From assembly GCA_047967505.1 (NCBI GenBank), contig CM106538.1: DNA of 64,000 nucleotides; one strand, 5' to 3'. Under the pieces are notes generated by a model. It worked only from the letters and a program-made list of their open reading frames with translations. It was not told the DNA's origin and ran no database searches. Within the stretch, counting starts at the first letter, position 1. Each line of letters begins with the position of its first letter. The translations under genes and the position numbers were made by a program. The DNA is from Dipteris shenzhenensis. Taxonomy: Eukaryota. Shown here piece after piece: positions 26,066-39,318 of the stretch.

Positions 26066-27159
26066 ATTGCAAATGATTTGTATTGAAGTCGTTTCAATTT
26101 AATGTTCTAATAGCTTCTTCCTCCTTCCCTATTTTTGTTGTCACTTGAGCCTCTTCAGAGTTTTTCTTCATTTTGCAACATCTGCATCATAGTTGTATGC
26201 CTCCTTTCGTGATTTAGATTCACTCGCATGTAGGAATACTATTGCGCACTACAAAGAGTTGATGTTAGATACAGCATGCTAGAAAACTGTTTACTAGAAG
26301 TAATGAAATGTAGATATTGATGAGCAACAATACTAGGCAGCCTTGCTTCAATAATCAATAGACTGCTCGGACATGATACTAATCTTGAAACTATGCATTG
26401 ATTCATGTCTACAAATGATTAATAGATGGGATGCTATTTTTTTTCTTGCAATCTCATGCAAAATGATGCTCAGAATGTCTATTGATTGTTTACTTCTTCT
26501 CTGGCCCGATTTAGAAGTACGTTTAGTCGTGGCAACAGTGTATGTATTAATCAAGATGAAGCATTTTAGTTCTTGAAAGGTGACTCTCGTGACCTATTTT
26601 GAGCATTTTTTAATACTGTAAGTTGTATTTGGAGGTCTGCATTTGTAAGTCGTCCATGTCCTTGGCTTGAGGATTTCCAAACAAAGATTAAAAGGTGTTG
26701 TTTTTGCTCGAGGTGATCTTAATAAATCATATGGATCATACTTCCACTCGACAGATATACTTAGTTATGACAAACAATCAATAAGCCAATAACATACTTT
26801 TATTAAGCTAAATTTACAAGGTTTGTAGGTTGTGAGCAATCAAGGAGACTACGGACACCTGTTAATAAATCCCGGTATCTATATACCTTTTAGGGATTTT
26901 TAAAATTTAATCCCATTTAAACCTTAGCATTACCTTTCATTTTAAATCTTGGTTGAGATTCAAGCTTGCCTTTAATTTTAAAGGCTCAAAAAATTGTTTT
27001 TTTTCAAGCACTGGACAATGCATGGTCTGCGTTGATGTAGACTTGAACGGCTCACGTGGCTCACATTTCAAAAGCCCACATGGCTCACGATCACGTTTCA
27101 AAAGCCCACGATGAAAAAAATAGTTATAATCACGAATCTGCATGAGTCTCTCGTTGGAT

Positions 27160-29105
27160 ACTAGAATAAAATAGTATGTTTTCGTGATATGTTTTAAGGT
27201 TTAGCCATAAGCTAGCCTATGTTAATGCAGACATGAAGTGCTTTGTTAATGTAAATGTGCCTTGTTAACTATTTGGAGGTCTACATTAATGTAGACTGTT
27301 CTTTGTGCTACGGCATTGTTGACTTGTTATTGTGATCTATTATGACGAATTGATTAATCGTATTACTAGATTAAAATTGTATGTTTTTGCGATAGGTTTG
27401 GCCATATGTTGGTCTGCATTAACGCAGACATGAAGTGCTTTGTTAATGCAAATGTGCCCCTCATGTCCATATGGCCATGCAAAGCTCATGTCCACTCACC
27501 CTCTTGAGCTTTCTTGGAGCTACGTATGCATATCTATCGTGGCCACCCAACATGCACGAGAAAGCTGATATTAATTGCATGAGAGGTGCATGCAAAAATC
27601 ATCTAAACCTTCCTTCTCGTGTCCATCTGGCCATGCAAAACTCGCTTGCGCCATTGTGTCCATCCCCATTAAAGGTCAAAACATCTCACTTATCCACTCC
27701 ACTCACCTGTGCCCTCTCCACCTCCTATCGATAACCTTGTGCATTTCTTCTCGCCTCGTCCACCCCCTTTCCCTTGCGCCCTCCCCACCTTCTCTTAGGC
27801 TGTGCACCTCTTATCGCTTGTCGCTTTGTCCACCCCCTCTTGCCTTCAGCCTGTTCAGATCCTGTCGGCCTGTCCACCCCCTGCCCACCTCCCGCCATGT
27901 CTTCATGGCACTACACAACTACAATAGCTACACTAACAGTGAGCTCATGCAATACCTTGAGTCCCTACACTCCCAGTTCTATGACCACTGTCAAGCTCGT
28001 GGCTACCACATCCATGACATCTAGGACTACCTCGGGGTTGCTCTCATGCCCATGCACAAAGGGGACCTGGACGTGAATTGGTACGAGGAGGGGAAGTCCA
28101 AGAGGCAGATTCTAGAAGAGTCAATTTATGAAATGCACAAATAGATTGAAGGGTGTGGCTTGAAGCCATTGTGCATGTCACCTTCCCTCAAACAATAGGA
28201 GGAGAAGGCGAAAAAGAAGGCGGAGAAGGAGGAGGATAAGGCATCAACTTTGCATGCTGGTGATAATTAGGTAGCGATGATTTCAATAGTGTGTTTGCAG
28301 AGGTGCTTCCTTACAAGAATCCTCTTACTTGTAAAGACATCTTTGCTATAGCAATATATAAAAGTTTTTGACAAAACATTTCATTGTCTCATTCCAAACA
28401 TTTTGAGTGAGTTAATTTAGCGTCTTTGTAATACCATTTGTTACTGTGAAGTTGCAATAAGATCTTGAAAGCTGGATCCATTTGTTTTTTCATCATCTTT
28501 GACCGAACGAAATCTATCCACAGTAAGACTGTGTCTCTAAACACATAACATATAGTTTACGAATGACATGGACGAGACTCCGACTCACAGGCCTCAAATT
28601 TGCAACCCTACCTTACACTTTAGTGAGAAGGCCATTTTTTACTATGGCCTTTTTAAAATAGTACGTTTTTGCGATATGTTTTAAGGTGTAGCCGTAAGCT
28701 GGTCTACTTCTCACAGACATGAAGTGCTTTGTTAGCTATTTGGAGGTCTAACTAGACTGTTCTTTGTGCCATGACATTGTTGACTTCTTACTGTGATATA
28801 TTATGACGAATAGAATAATCGTATTACTAGAACAAAATAGTATGTTGTTGCGATATGTTGTAAGGTTTGCCCTTATGTTGGTTTGTGTTAATGCAGACAT
28901 GAAGTGCTTTGTTAACGCAAATGTGCTTTGTTAACTATTTGGAGGTCTGTGTTAACATAGACCATTCTTTGTTATTATGATATATTATGATGAATTGATT
29001 AATCGTATTACATGCAAAAAATAGTATGTTGTCGCGATATGTTGTATTTTTTGGCCGTAAGCTTATCTGCGTTAATATAGACATGAAGTGCTTTGTTAAC
29101 GCAAA
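27160..29105. repeat. ~190-bp tandem repeat family (AGACATGAAGTGCTTTGTTA core) split by an insertion
   Basis: Core at ~27229, 27426, 28716, 28896 and 29079. Confidence 0.85.
27570..28375 (+). repeat. uninterrupted copy of the small-ORF repeat (decayed ORF 27905-28270)
   Basis: MALHNYNSY..SLHSQFYDHCQARGYHIHDI*DYLGVALMPMH..KRQILEESIYEMHK*IEGCGLKP, homologous to 13640-13925. Confidence 0.75.
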
Positions 29106-30565
29106 TGATATCATAAATGTCCGAACATGCATGGTTGCTAATAGTTGGTAAGACCTCATGTGCACGTTTCATTCAACTCCATGCATGGTTTATAAAGCAT
29201 GGATTCAAGCAACTCGATGCAAAAATAGGACAAGCTGTATGGCAAAGTCGAAGAGATTAGATAAAATACAAGTGCCATTTTGTTTATTATGAAAGGTTAC
29301 AGGAATGCAATTTCATTCCAAAATTGGGATAACATGAGCACTACAACGTTGTCGATCCCAACGTAGTGACGCTGCATCTCCCTGCAAGCCCTCCCAAGCA
29401 CTCTGCAACTTGCAAAGACGTCCACGACACGGTTTCTCGGTGTCATGGAGGAAAGCAACCATCTGGAAAATGAAAATACAGTGAACGATCAACACATTGG
29501 AAAAAAGTGGTGACCTTAAAACCCACAAGAATTGATTGGTACCATACTTGCAAAGGGCAAGGGATCGCTTGGCGCCTGCATGCATCAACGTGTCTCCAAC
29601 CTTGAATCGGTTGAAGTTACTTTTTGGCCCAGTCTCCCTAATGACATTGTACCCAGAACCAAAACCCGAACCACCCGCCTGTGCATTGGCCTCGTGATCA
29701 CAATGTGGCAGTGGACATTGACCTCTCGCCAACCCAAAAGTGATGATTTGTCGGCCAGACCAAACTTCTAGAACATAAAGACCTCATGGGAAAGCGTTAG
29801 GGCAACATGGGCCCTTGCTAGCCCGAAAAAACATAGTAAGGTGTTTCATGTTTAATCTGTGTACACAGAGATGTGGCAACGGAAATGATTTCAGAGTGAA
29901 TTAATGATAAAATGAATTCATCATAAATTTCCCTTACTCATTTGTATACTGGAGGGCTAGAAGGAGCTCGCCTTCCTTTTGCTTATCCACGTTCAAGAAC
30001 ACGGAAATAATGTCTAAAGATACAACGTTGAGACGGTTCTGCTCCAACCTGAGTGCATGGAAAACAAGAGGGGAGAATACTTATCGAACAGAACTCTTCC
30101 TATGTGAACGTGGAGAGGAAATTGGAGTTCATGTCGGAGATGAGGGAACATTTGTTGGTGGCTCGTTTGTAATCTTTAAGAAAGAATAATGTAGAGAGAG
30201 TCTCTCGGGCGTCACGATAGGACAAACTATATTGTGGGTTTGGGCCAGCAGGATGTAAAGGGTGGCATGTGTAAAAAGAGAAACGAGAATGGGGTGGAAA
30301 CAATTTCGAAAAGAATGGAAGGCCACTCCCGACAGCCTTTATCACTGGTGGGTGGCTAGGAAGTAATGGTGACTGGCGGAAGAGGATAAACGGGAAGATT
30401 AAGATAAACGGGATGATTAGGACAAAAGTTCAAACAAGTGGCAGAGGATTAACGACAATAAAACTGAGAAACTTTCCACCAAAGTGATAGACATACTTTG
30501 ATCAAACAAAGAAAAAAGTTCGGCGCCCATATCCTGCGGCTTTCAGCAGTCCTCCACCACCCGAC

Positions 30566-31180
30566 ATGTCTTTGGACGAGGTTTCCTTGCAGTGGACGAT
30601 TGGCAATGAAAGTCTAAACAGAGTCATCAGGACTGTTGTGTGGAGGAAAGCTTCTCTTGAGCTCCGACTTTTTTGCAAAGCTTACTACCGTCTGCATATT
30701 CGTTTGATTGCTTGAACGCGCACATCTCTATCTGAGAAATGGAGGCATTGGGACATCGAAGGCAACGAGCAGTTCATGGTGGAGTCCTCTCTTGCGAGTT
30801 TGTATAAGCTTGTACACAAGTTCATCGGTGCTTCAGATGACATAGTTGATGTTAAATCCCATGATAATGTGGATGTGCCGGATAATGCCGGCCGTTCGAT
30901 GGTGAACGTGGATCGTTATCCGCTCTCCTCGACTTTCGATGATGACTTTGTGCTGCTCCGCGAGGGGGGCGAGAGCCATTGATCAATCCACATAGACGAT
31001 TCGGATGACGAGACAAGTGAACACACTGCCAAAACTCCAAAGAGTGTGTTGCCCTTAATATTTAACAGCAAGGGTGCCAATGTCCTGAAGAAAAGGATAA
31101 GGAACCCTGATAACATAATCCAAGTTGCAGAAATACCCAGGCAGTACGATGGGAATGTCATTCTAACTGTTGCTACATGA
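30566..31180 (+). pseudogene. decayed ORF of unknown, possibly TE-derived, protein
   Basis: One frame from ATG 30566 reads through isolated TGA stops to ..EIPRQYDGNVIL. Confidence 0.35.
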
Positions 31181-31435
31181 TTTTTTAAAATAATCATTGA
31201 AATCTTGGCCAAAGCTCGCATTATTTTGTCCTTTCGCCAGAAGCTCACTCATTTCCACGGGCTTGAAAAAAGCTCAAACGGGAAAGCTCGCAGAAAAACG
31301 ATCCTCCCTCATCAACATATACATGGTACCTGCAACATTTGGAAGCAATTGCCCATTGCTCGCCATGTACCTACTCCTCTCAATCTGCATACGCTAAACT
31401 CCGATCGAAAGATCTAATTAAAGTGGATGAGATGG

Positions 31436-31881
31436 AGGAAAATTATTATTTGGCCATACAGGAGCTCTAGAAGACTGCCCATGAAATCTACAAAAGAAAT
31501 AAGGAGCAGGCAAGGGAAGTGGCGGAGGCATTAACAAGGATGCAAGAAGAAAGAAATCAACTACAGGAAGAGCTAAAGAGAAAGAAAGCCAAAAAAAAAT
31601 CACTACAAGCTGTCAGGGAGAAAATCCTCGACACATCAAAGAAACAAAAAAAAATCACTACAAGCTGTCAGGGAAAATTATTATTTGGCCATACAGGAGC
31701 TCTAGAAGACTGCCCATGAAATCTACAAAAGAAATAAGGAGCAGGCAAGGGAAGTGGCGGAGGCATTAACAAGGATGCAAGAAGAAAGAAATCAACTACA
31801 GGAAGAGCTAAAGAGAAAGAAAGCCAAAAAAAAATCACTACAAGCTGTCAGGGAGAAAATCCTCGACACATCAAAGAAACA
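31436..31881 (+). repeat. near-perfect 235-bp-period tandem duplication (coiled-coil peptide)
   Basis: ORFs 31519 and 31754 have identical N-terminal sequences. Confidence 0.95.
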
Positions 31882-31954
31882 TCAAGCGACATCAGAAGAG
31901 GCTACCAAACAGGTGCAACAACTCCAGGCCAAAAAACAAGAGTTGCAGCATCCT

Positions 31955-32670
31955 CTCTAACACATCTTCTCATAATGTCATCCTTGCTGCAATGGTACAG
32001 TTGTCCGGCAATCAATTGGTAAGGGGTTGCATCCTTGATCAGCTTCCTTACGCGTTCTTTGTTTAAGGGATGGTCTTGGGGAAAAACATTGGTCAAAAAA
32101 TGTCCTATCTTTTTTGCCCATTCAGGAATAAGGTCGACCAAGAATAATGAAGCATTAGGTAGGTCATCATCTACTCCTGTGGGTGGTTCTCCATTAGGGA
32201 TTCTAGACATATGGTCAGCTAAAACATGTTGTGACCATTTACAAACCACAACGGTGAAATCAAATTCAAGGAGGATTAACATCCATTGTGTGATTCTTCC
32301 TGTCATATAAAGCTTGTTGACCAAGTACAACATTGCTTGGTGATCTACACAAAACACAAATTTGTTGGCCAAGAGGTAATGCATGAATTTCTTCATTGCA
32401 TACACCATGCCTAACCCTTCGCATTTAGTCGTTGTATAGTTCATCTCAGTGGAGTTCAACTAGTGATTGGCAAAGTACACTAGATAATCTAAGTTGTATT
32501 CTCCTAGTTGTGCTAATACACACCCAATGGCCACGTTCAAAGCATCTACATGGACATGGAATATGAAATCCCAATGGAGGTCTCAATATGGGTGCACTTG
32601 CGAGTGCGTGCTTAAGAGTTTCAAAAGATATTTGGCACTCATCAATCCATACAAATATGGGTTTTAACAT
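31955..32670 (-). pseudogene. Ty3/Gypsy RT-RNase H fragment
   Basis: SFETLKHALASAPIL, NYTTTKCEGLGMVYAMKKF..VDHQA..LEFDF..LADHMSR. Confidence 0.9.
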
Positions 32671-33214
32671 TTTGCGAGTTTATTTTCTACGAGTTTTGCG
32701 AGTTTTTCAATATATGCAACCACAATAATATAGCTAGTGGCTAGCTATATTTAACATGCAATCTTGGAATATGTACATGTTGATGATGCAATTTTACATC
32801 ACACCAAACTTTCAAAACAACAATTCCACAAGAATAGCTATGAGCAAAATGTTTATTAAAACTTAGCACTCATAACATGTTTTATAGCCAACATTTGTTT
32901 GACATGTGATTTTAAAATGAATAGTTGCTTTCGATGAAATATTGCATGACACCAAACCTCAAAAAACCTTTTTCAGAAGAATAGAAAATCATCATAGTGT
33001 TTACCTCAAGTAAGATAATTAATACCATCTAGATAACCTTGACATTATAATATATCCAGAAACATAATGCCTTAATATCACATGAAATCAAGGACAAAAA
33101 CAAAAGCTCATTGATAGGCTTTGCAAACCATAAATCTAATCCTCCGGAAAGTTTCTAAACATAATACTCTACCAGGTTTCTTAACAAAACCCTCGACCAA
33201 GTTTCTGGTTGCAC

Positions 33215-33481
33215 TAAATAAAGTTCTTGGAGATAAATAAGACAACACTGAAAACGAAAGATAGCTGAAGAAGAAATATATATCACCAAAGGAACTCAAT
33301 ACAAGAGAAGAGATATGTGCGAAAGAAACTATGGAGGGGGCAAACAGCAGTCCTCCAGAGTAGTCAACTGAAGTGGGCTCTGCACTAGCTCCACAAGTTG
33401 GAACTAAACCAGATCTAGGTCAGCAACCTATTGCCAAAAGAGCAAAGGTTTGCTGCAGATCTGCAAAGAAGGGCAGCAACA
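33215..33481 (-). repeat. inverted copy of the distal half of the Copia LTR
   Basis: Reverse complement aligns with ~36735-37002. Confidence 0.9.
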
Positions 33482-36400
33482 ATTCCAGATCACTGCTGAT
33501 GATGATCTGAAGGTAAAGCTGGCAGACTACCAACGGTTAATTGCTGAGTTTGCCACAACTGGTCCTCCCAAATCCGAGGATGACCAAGTTACTTTCTTTT
33601 TGAACAAACTCCCACCTAAGTACTTCAGTTTTATGCAGCAAATCATTTCTCAACCCTCCCTTCCTACCTTTTATGAGTTCGAATGTCAACTCTTGCGTTA
33701 TGCTCGTCTCTACTCTCAGGTTCACCAAAAACATAGTGTTCCTGCTTCAGAGGGGGCTCTTCTCTCCGGGATTCAAAAAGATCAACTCAACTCTAAGAAG
33801 CCCTCTCCCACTCCTGACTCCAATAATTCCTCTGGTATTAAACCCGCCTGGCACAACCTTCTAAAAAAGAACCGGTTTTGTCAGCATTGCCAGAAAGTTG
33901 GGCATGTTGATGACGAATGTCGCTCCAAAGCCGAAGGCATTCTCCCACAACCCCCCAACACGACTCTTCTGCCACCTCGCTGGCGCCCTAGGAGTGGTCC
34001 TCCTCCACCTAACGCTAGCCCTTGGAGACCATAGGGCCATGTCACTAATCAGTTCACCCCATCCCCTCCCTTCATCACTCCCGAAGGCCTGTCTGACTGG
34101 TCCACTGGAGATTCTCTAGACTTCACTTCCCAGGCCTTGATCCATATCACCGAGCTTGACTCCTCCCCATCCATATCTGGATCAGCATTTCATACTCTAC
34201 CATGTGGCCATAAAGCCCCTTGGATTGTGGATAGTGGAGCCACTCATCATATGACCCCTCATCGTGATCTCTTCATTTCTTGCCAACCGGCAACAGGGGG
34301 AGTCCGCTGTGGCAATAACTCTGTCGCTCCTATTCGTGGCGTTGGTTCAATCAAATTTGATACCGACAAAGGCCCCAATCTTGCTCAGTTGGATCAAGTG
34401 TTTTATGTCCCCCAATTAGGGGTCAATCTTCTTTCCATCCATCAACTTTGCCTTCTTAGTCGTGCGGTGCTATTTACAAAGACGCATGTCGAAATCATAG
34501 ATGAGACATCAGGACTCCTTTTAGCTCAGGGCGAAGCCCAACCTCATGGTCTGTACCTCATGACACAATTTCTTGAGACTCCCTCCAATACCGGCTCTGA
34601 GTTTCATCGGCTTCATGGTCTTGCTACCCTGAAAGATCCGACTGACACAGAACAATTGTGGCATTATCGACTGGGACATTTGTCCTATGACTCTTTATAT
34701 GAAATGTCTCGGGATCATTTGGTTGATGGCCTACCTCAATTATCACGAGCCAAAGATATTTGCTGTCCATGCCAATTAGGCAAACAAAGCAGATGGAACC
34801 CTAGACAAGTACAAAGCTCGCTTAGTAGTGCAAGGATTTCGCCAAAAACATGGTATCGATTATGAGGAAACCTTTGCACCTACTACTCGGTTGACATCCT
34901 TTCACCTCCTCCTCGCTCTAGCTGCTCATCACAGCTGGTCTATCTATCAGATGGATGTCAAGAGTGCCTTTCTCAATGGCTACCTCGATGAGGAAGTCTA
35001 TGTGGCTCCCCCACCAGGTTTTTCTCCTCCTAGCCATGAAAATAAGGTATTCCGTCTCCGCAAAGCTCTTTATGGGCTTAAACAAGCACCTCGGTCCTGG
35101 TTCCACCGAATAGACACCTTCCTCAAAACTAATGGGTTTCATTCCACTCCTTTTGATCCGAATTTATATATACATCAATCTTTAGAGGGGGTCTGCTTTA
35201 TCTTACTTTACGTAGATGATCTTTTGCTTTTGGGCTCTACCACCACCACGCTTCAATCCATTAAAACACAACTCAGCACCACATTCGAGATGACCGTCGA
35301 TCTTGGTCTTCTCTCCTATTTCTTGGGCATGGAAGTTGAGCAGCATTCTGGTGGTATCTTTGTTTCTCAATAGAAATATGCTCTTCAACTCCTTGATCAG
35401 ATCATCCCCCACGAGCCTAAGCCAGCTGCCACTCCCTTGGATCCCACAGTCAAGCTCTCAAAGGACTTGAAGTCTCCTCCCTTTGATGAACATCTCTATC
35501 GTCAAGTTGTTGGCAAGCTACTCTGGCTCATTCACACTTGTCCAGATCTTTCTTACTCAGTTTCTATTCTTAGTCAGTACTTTAATGAACCCAAGCACAC
35601 TCATTGGCATGCATGTATTCGTATCTTACAGTTCATACGTGGTACTTACTCTTATGGTTTACATTTCAGACCTCGACTAACACTACAGGGATACACTGAT
35701 TCCGACTGGGTTAGAGACTCGGACAATCCCCGTTCTCATGGTGGCTACATTTTCTCGTTCGGCTCGGCACCTGTTTCTTGGTCCAGCCGTAAACAAGAAA
35801 CTGTTGCTGGATCTTCTACTGAGGCTGAATACCGGGCCTTGTATGATTGTACCACAGAGGCCATATATCTCCGGCAGTTTCTGGCAGAGCTACACTTTCC
35901 TTGTACTGAACCAACGGTCCTCTACGTCGACAATAAAAGTGTCATCGCTCTCGCCGGCAATCCCATTTTCTCCAACCGCACCAAACATGTTGGCGTACAC
36001 TTTCATTTTACTCGCGAGCAAGTGGAACTGGGTACTATTCGATTGATATATGTTCCAGCTGCCGATAATCATGTTGACATTCTTACCAAGCCGGTTAACT
36101 GACCTTTTCTTGAGCATCTTAGCCCACAGCTGGGGATTGGTGTACCGCCTCCTTCTCCTTGGCAGTATTTTTTTTGTATACTAGTGCTTAAAGGAAGTGA
36201 ACAAATCCCTTGTGAGGGCACTCCTTAAGCATCTCTCTTTCTGTACTCTATGATTGTACCATCACTACTGGGCATTTAGTGAAGATGAAAACCTACTTTG
36301 TAGGCATCTCCATCTAAATGAAAACCCTCTTACCCAAAAAAAAAAAAAAAAGGGCTGATGATGAAGATAGATCACCCCTGGAACCATTTTTTGATTACCC

Positions 36401-37004
36401 CTAGAACCATTCTACCTTGGACATTGAGAGGGGGTGTTAAGCCAGGCAATCTCCAAACGCAGAAGCCAGGGCCACACAAGTGGCCAGAAAGGCCAAAAAT
36501 GGCCAACCATTACTGGCCGACCAGCTGGCCGACCTCCTGGGTCAAGCCTATAAAATGCAGTAGCCCCCTGGCTACCACATCACTTTTGGAACAGGCTGCT
36601 GCACACCTGCGCTCCAGCATCTCTACCTCCTCTGCCTCTGCTCCTGCATCCTCTCCAACTTCTCTACCTCCTCTGCTTCCGCTCCATCATCCTCTCCTGC
36701 AGCTGCTCCAGATCAGCATCAACTTACTCCTCTATTGTTGTTGCCCTTCTTTGCAGATCTGCAACAAACCTTTGCTCTTCTGGCAATAGGTTGCTGACCC
36801 AGATCTCGTTCAGTTCCAACTTGTGGAGCTAGTGCAGAGCCCACTTCAGTTGACTGCTCTGGAGGACTGCTGTTCGCTCCCTCCACAGTTTCTTTCGCAG
36901 ATATCTCTTCTTTTGTATTGAGTTCCTTTGGTGATATATATTTCTTCTTCAGCTATCTTTCGTCTTCAGGGTTGTCTTATTTATCTCCAAGAACTTTCTT
37001 TATA
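33215..37004 (+). mobile_element. rearranged Ty1/Copia element (partial gag, protease, RT, RNase H; integrase core deleted; 3' LTR ~36435-37004)
   Basis: CQHCQKVGHVDDEC, WIVDSGATHHM, LWHYRLGH, QMDVKSAFLNG, LYVDDL, GYTDSDW, RTKHV; PPT GAGAGGGGG before TGTTAAG. Confidence 0.92.
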
Positions 37005-37656
37005 GTGTGCTTGTTTGAGAACATATGCTTGTGCAATGATCTTTACCTGCTGCGAGTGGTTAAGTTTATTGTAAAAGCAGCATAGTAGCTAATCCTGTTT
37101 TGATGCTAGAGACGAGTTTTGTTACCTTTGTGAGTTATTGTCATGAAGTTAGAAACAACACTCTTCTTTTTGCATTTACATGACAAGTTTCGTAATGTTT
37201 CAACTAGATATGTATTTCCATGCACACGTTCTGTATGTCTTGCAATTAATGATTCAAAGGGAAAGAACCCCGTGCAGATAGTGAAATAGTGATTTGACTG
37301 GTATCAAGGTCATTAAAGTTGGATATTTCAAGCTGTCATGTGGAATCTGTCAGGATGTTTGATCCTTTGTGTTTCTTGCCACTAGACAAGGCCCCTGTTA
37401 CTAGACGTATGAGGGGGAAGGGGAGGGCATGTGGGTCTTGCAGCTCCATATATTTATTCCGTGAGGCACATCTTTTGATTATTCATGATCTAATGTGAAG
37501 AGTCGTTTTTTGAGTGGTCACTTACTTTGTCTCATGCTCTTTATTAAGGACAAGCTTGTGCATGTGCGTACTTGCAGTTATTTGGTCCTCCATGGTTTTT
37601 ACTTGGGCTATTCATGGCCTGATGTGATAGGTCATCTTCTGAGTAGCCACTTCTTA

Positions 37657-37826
37657 TTCTGTATCGGCTCTCTGCTTTACTGGATTGCTCCCTGAGCATC
37701 TCTAGGAAAGTTCATGGAGAGTGCTTACTACTCTTTAGCTACAATTCTGTATCGGCTCTCTGCTTTACTGGATTGCTCCCTGAGCATCTCTAGGAAAGTT
37801 CATGGAGAGTGCTTACTACTCTTTAG
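37657..37826. repeat. near-perfect ~88-bp tandem duplication
   Basis: ATTCTGTATCGGCTCTCTGCTTTACTGG...CTACTCTTTAG occurs twice. Confidence 0.95.
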
Positions 37827-38149
37827 AAGAGAACAGCATTTGAACATTACCAAAATAGTGCAGATTTGTCCTGTGAAAAACCTCTGCTACCCATATTGCT
37901 CCTTTGAATTCTTTGGGCTTTTAATTTTTGGAAAGTTTGTAATGTAACCATCTATGCTGACCATGCTGTTGGGATCCTTTATACTGGCCCCTTCTTTCTT
38001 CTACTCCACCCGTTCCTCCTATTTCAACTTGCCCCTTTATCCCCTTTCCCTTTCTCTCCCTGCTAACCTTATCTGCTCGTGCAGTTTTTGGCAATGCATA
38101 AAGTTTTTCAAAGCAAAGCATATGAGCATCCTCAGCCTCATCAGTAACA

Positions 38150-38490
38150 GTCACCAATAATAGTGTGTGACTAGAAAAGATGTGACACACTCCTGGTAGG
38201 ACCTCTTTGTGAAAGAGAGAGATTATTGAGATAAAAAATTATCAATCCTTGGTGAGTTGAGCAAATATCGTTTACACATAAATTATTAAAATAAAAGCCG
38301 TGTACATGATCACTTTAATTGTCACCAATGACAGTGTATGACTAGAAAAGATTCGATTTACTTGTGGAGGGACCCCCTTTGTGAAAGAGAGAATACCAAA
38401 ATGAAATTTGTCAATCCTTGCGAAGTCGAACAAGGATCATTTATGTAATTAAATTATTAAAATAAAAGCTGTTTGCACATGATCACTTCA
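38150..38490. repeat. ~170-bp diverged tandem duplication
   Basis: GTCACCAAT..GACTAGAAAAGAT..TTTGTGAAAGAGAGA..AAATTATTAAAATAAAAGC occurs twice. Confidence 0.8.
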
Positions 38491-39318
38491 TTCATTCTCT
38501 CTTCATGTTAGAATTCTGGAAGAGGAAGATGAACTTATCACATTAAGAAAGTGAGCAGCATAACTGTGCAAGCTAGTACTAGAGTCTGAGAAATGCCCAT
38601 GCTCTTTCATCTCTTTCACAAAGAGTTAGTGCTTTTGGAGAGGAGAGCACAGAAAACAGAAAGCTAGATCTGCGTTTCTTTTGAAAACAAAACTGGATTA
38701 GTATCCAGTTAGTACGGATTAGCTTTTCTGTAGTTCAGGTTATTTGTGAATCAGGACTTGTATTGGGCTCAAGTTCATTCAATGAATACATAGTTATAAT
38801 TGGCAAGTCAGCATTTGTGATCGTGAATTGGAAACTTTTTTTTCGTTCTCTTCATATTCTCTGAGGGATTGTGCCCTTGCGAGAAGGAGGGTGACTCAGG
38901 TTCAGTCAGGTGCGTTTAAAGTTCGCGGTCCAGGTTATCTGGAGATGTACTTTTGTTGCAGACCTTGCCAAAGGAAGGACGGGTTGAAATAGACCCTCAG
39001 AGCATGGTGCTTGGAAGACTCCAGGTTTTCACTCATTATGAGGGGGACAACTGGAAGATCGTGACGGCTGGATTGCTTGAGTTCGAAGGCATGAATGTGA
39101 CGGAAGATGGTGGTGCCAGGAGGTGCTATCAAAGATGGACCTGTGTACCAAGATGATGTGCAGAAGCGGAACCAGACCTAGTGGAGCAAGAGCCACTGGA
39201 TGAAAAGCCAAGAAAAGATTTCGACGTCGAAAAGTTCTAGAGGACTAGGACCAAGGAGTTACTGGAGCATCTTTATCGACGTGTTGGCATTGGGCCTAGA
39301 TGTGTCGGTGAGAGGGGG

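Noticed and set aside
33450-34034. 194-aa ORF as a standalone gene
   Set aside because: It is a chimera of inverted LTR sequence and Copia gag.
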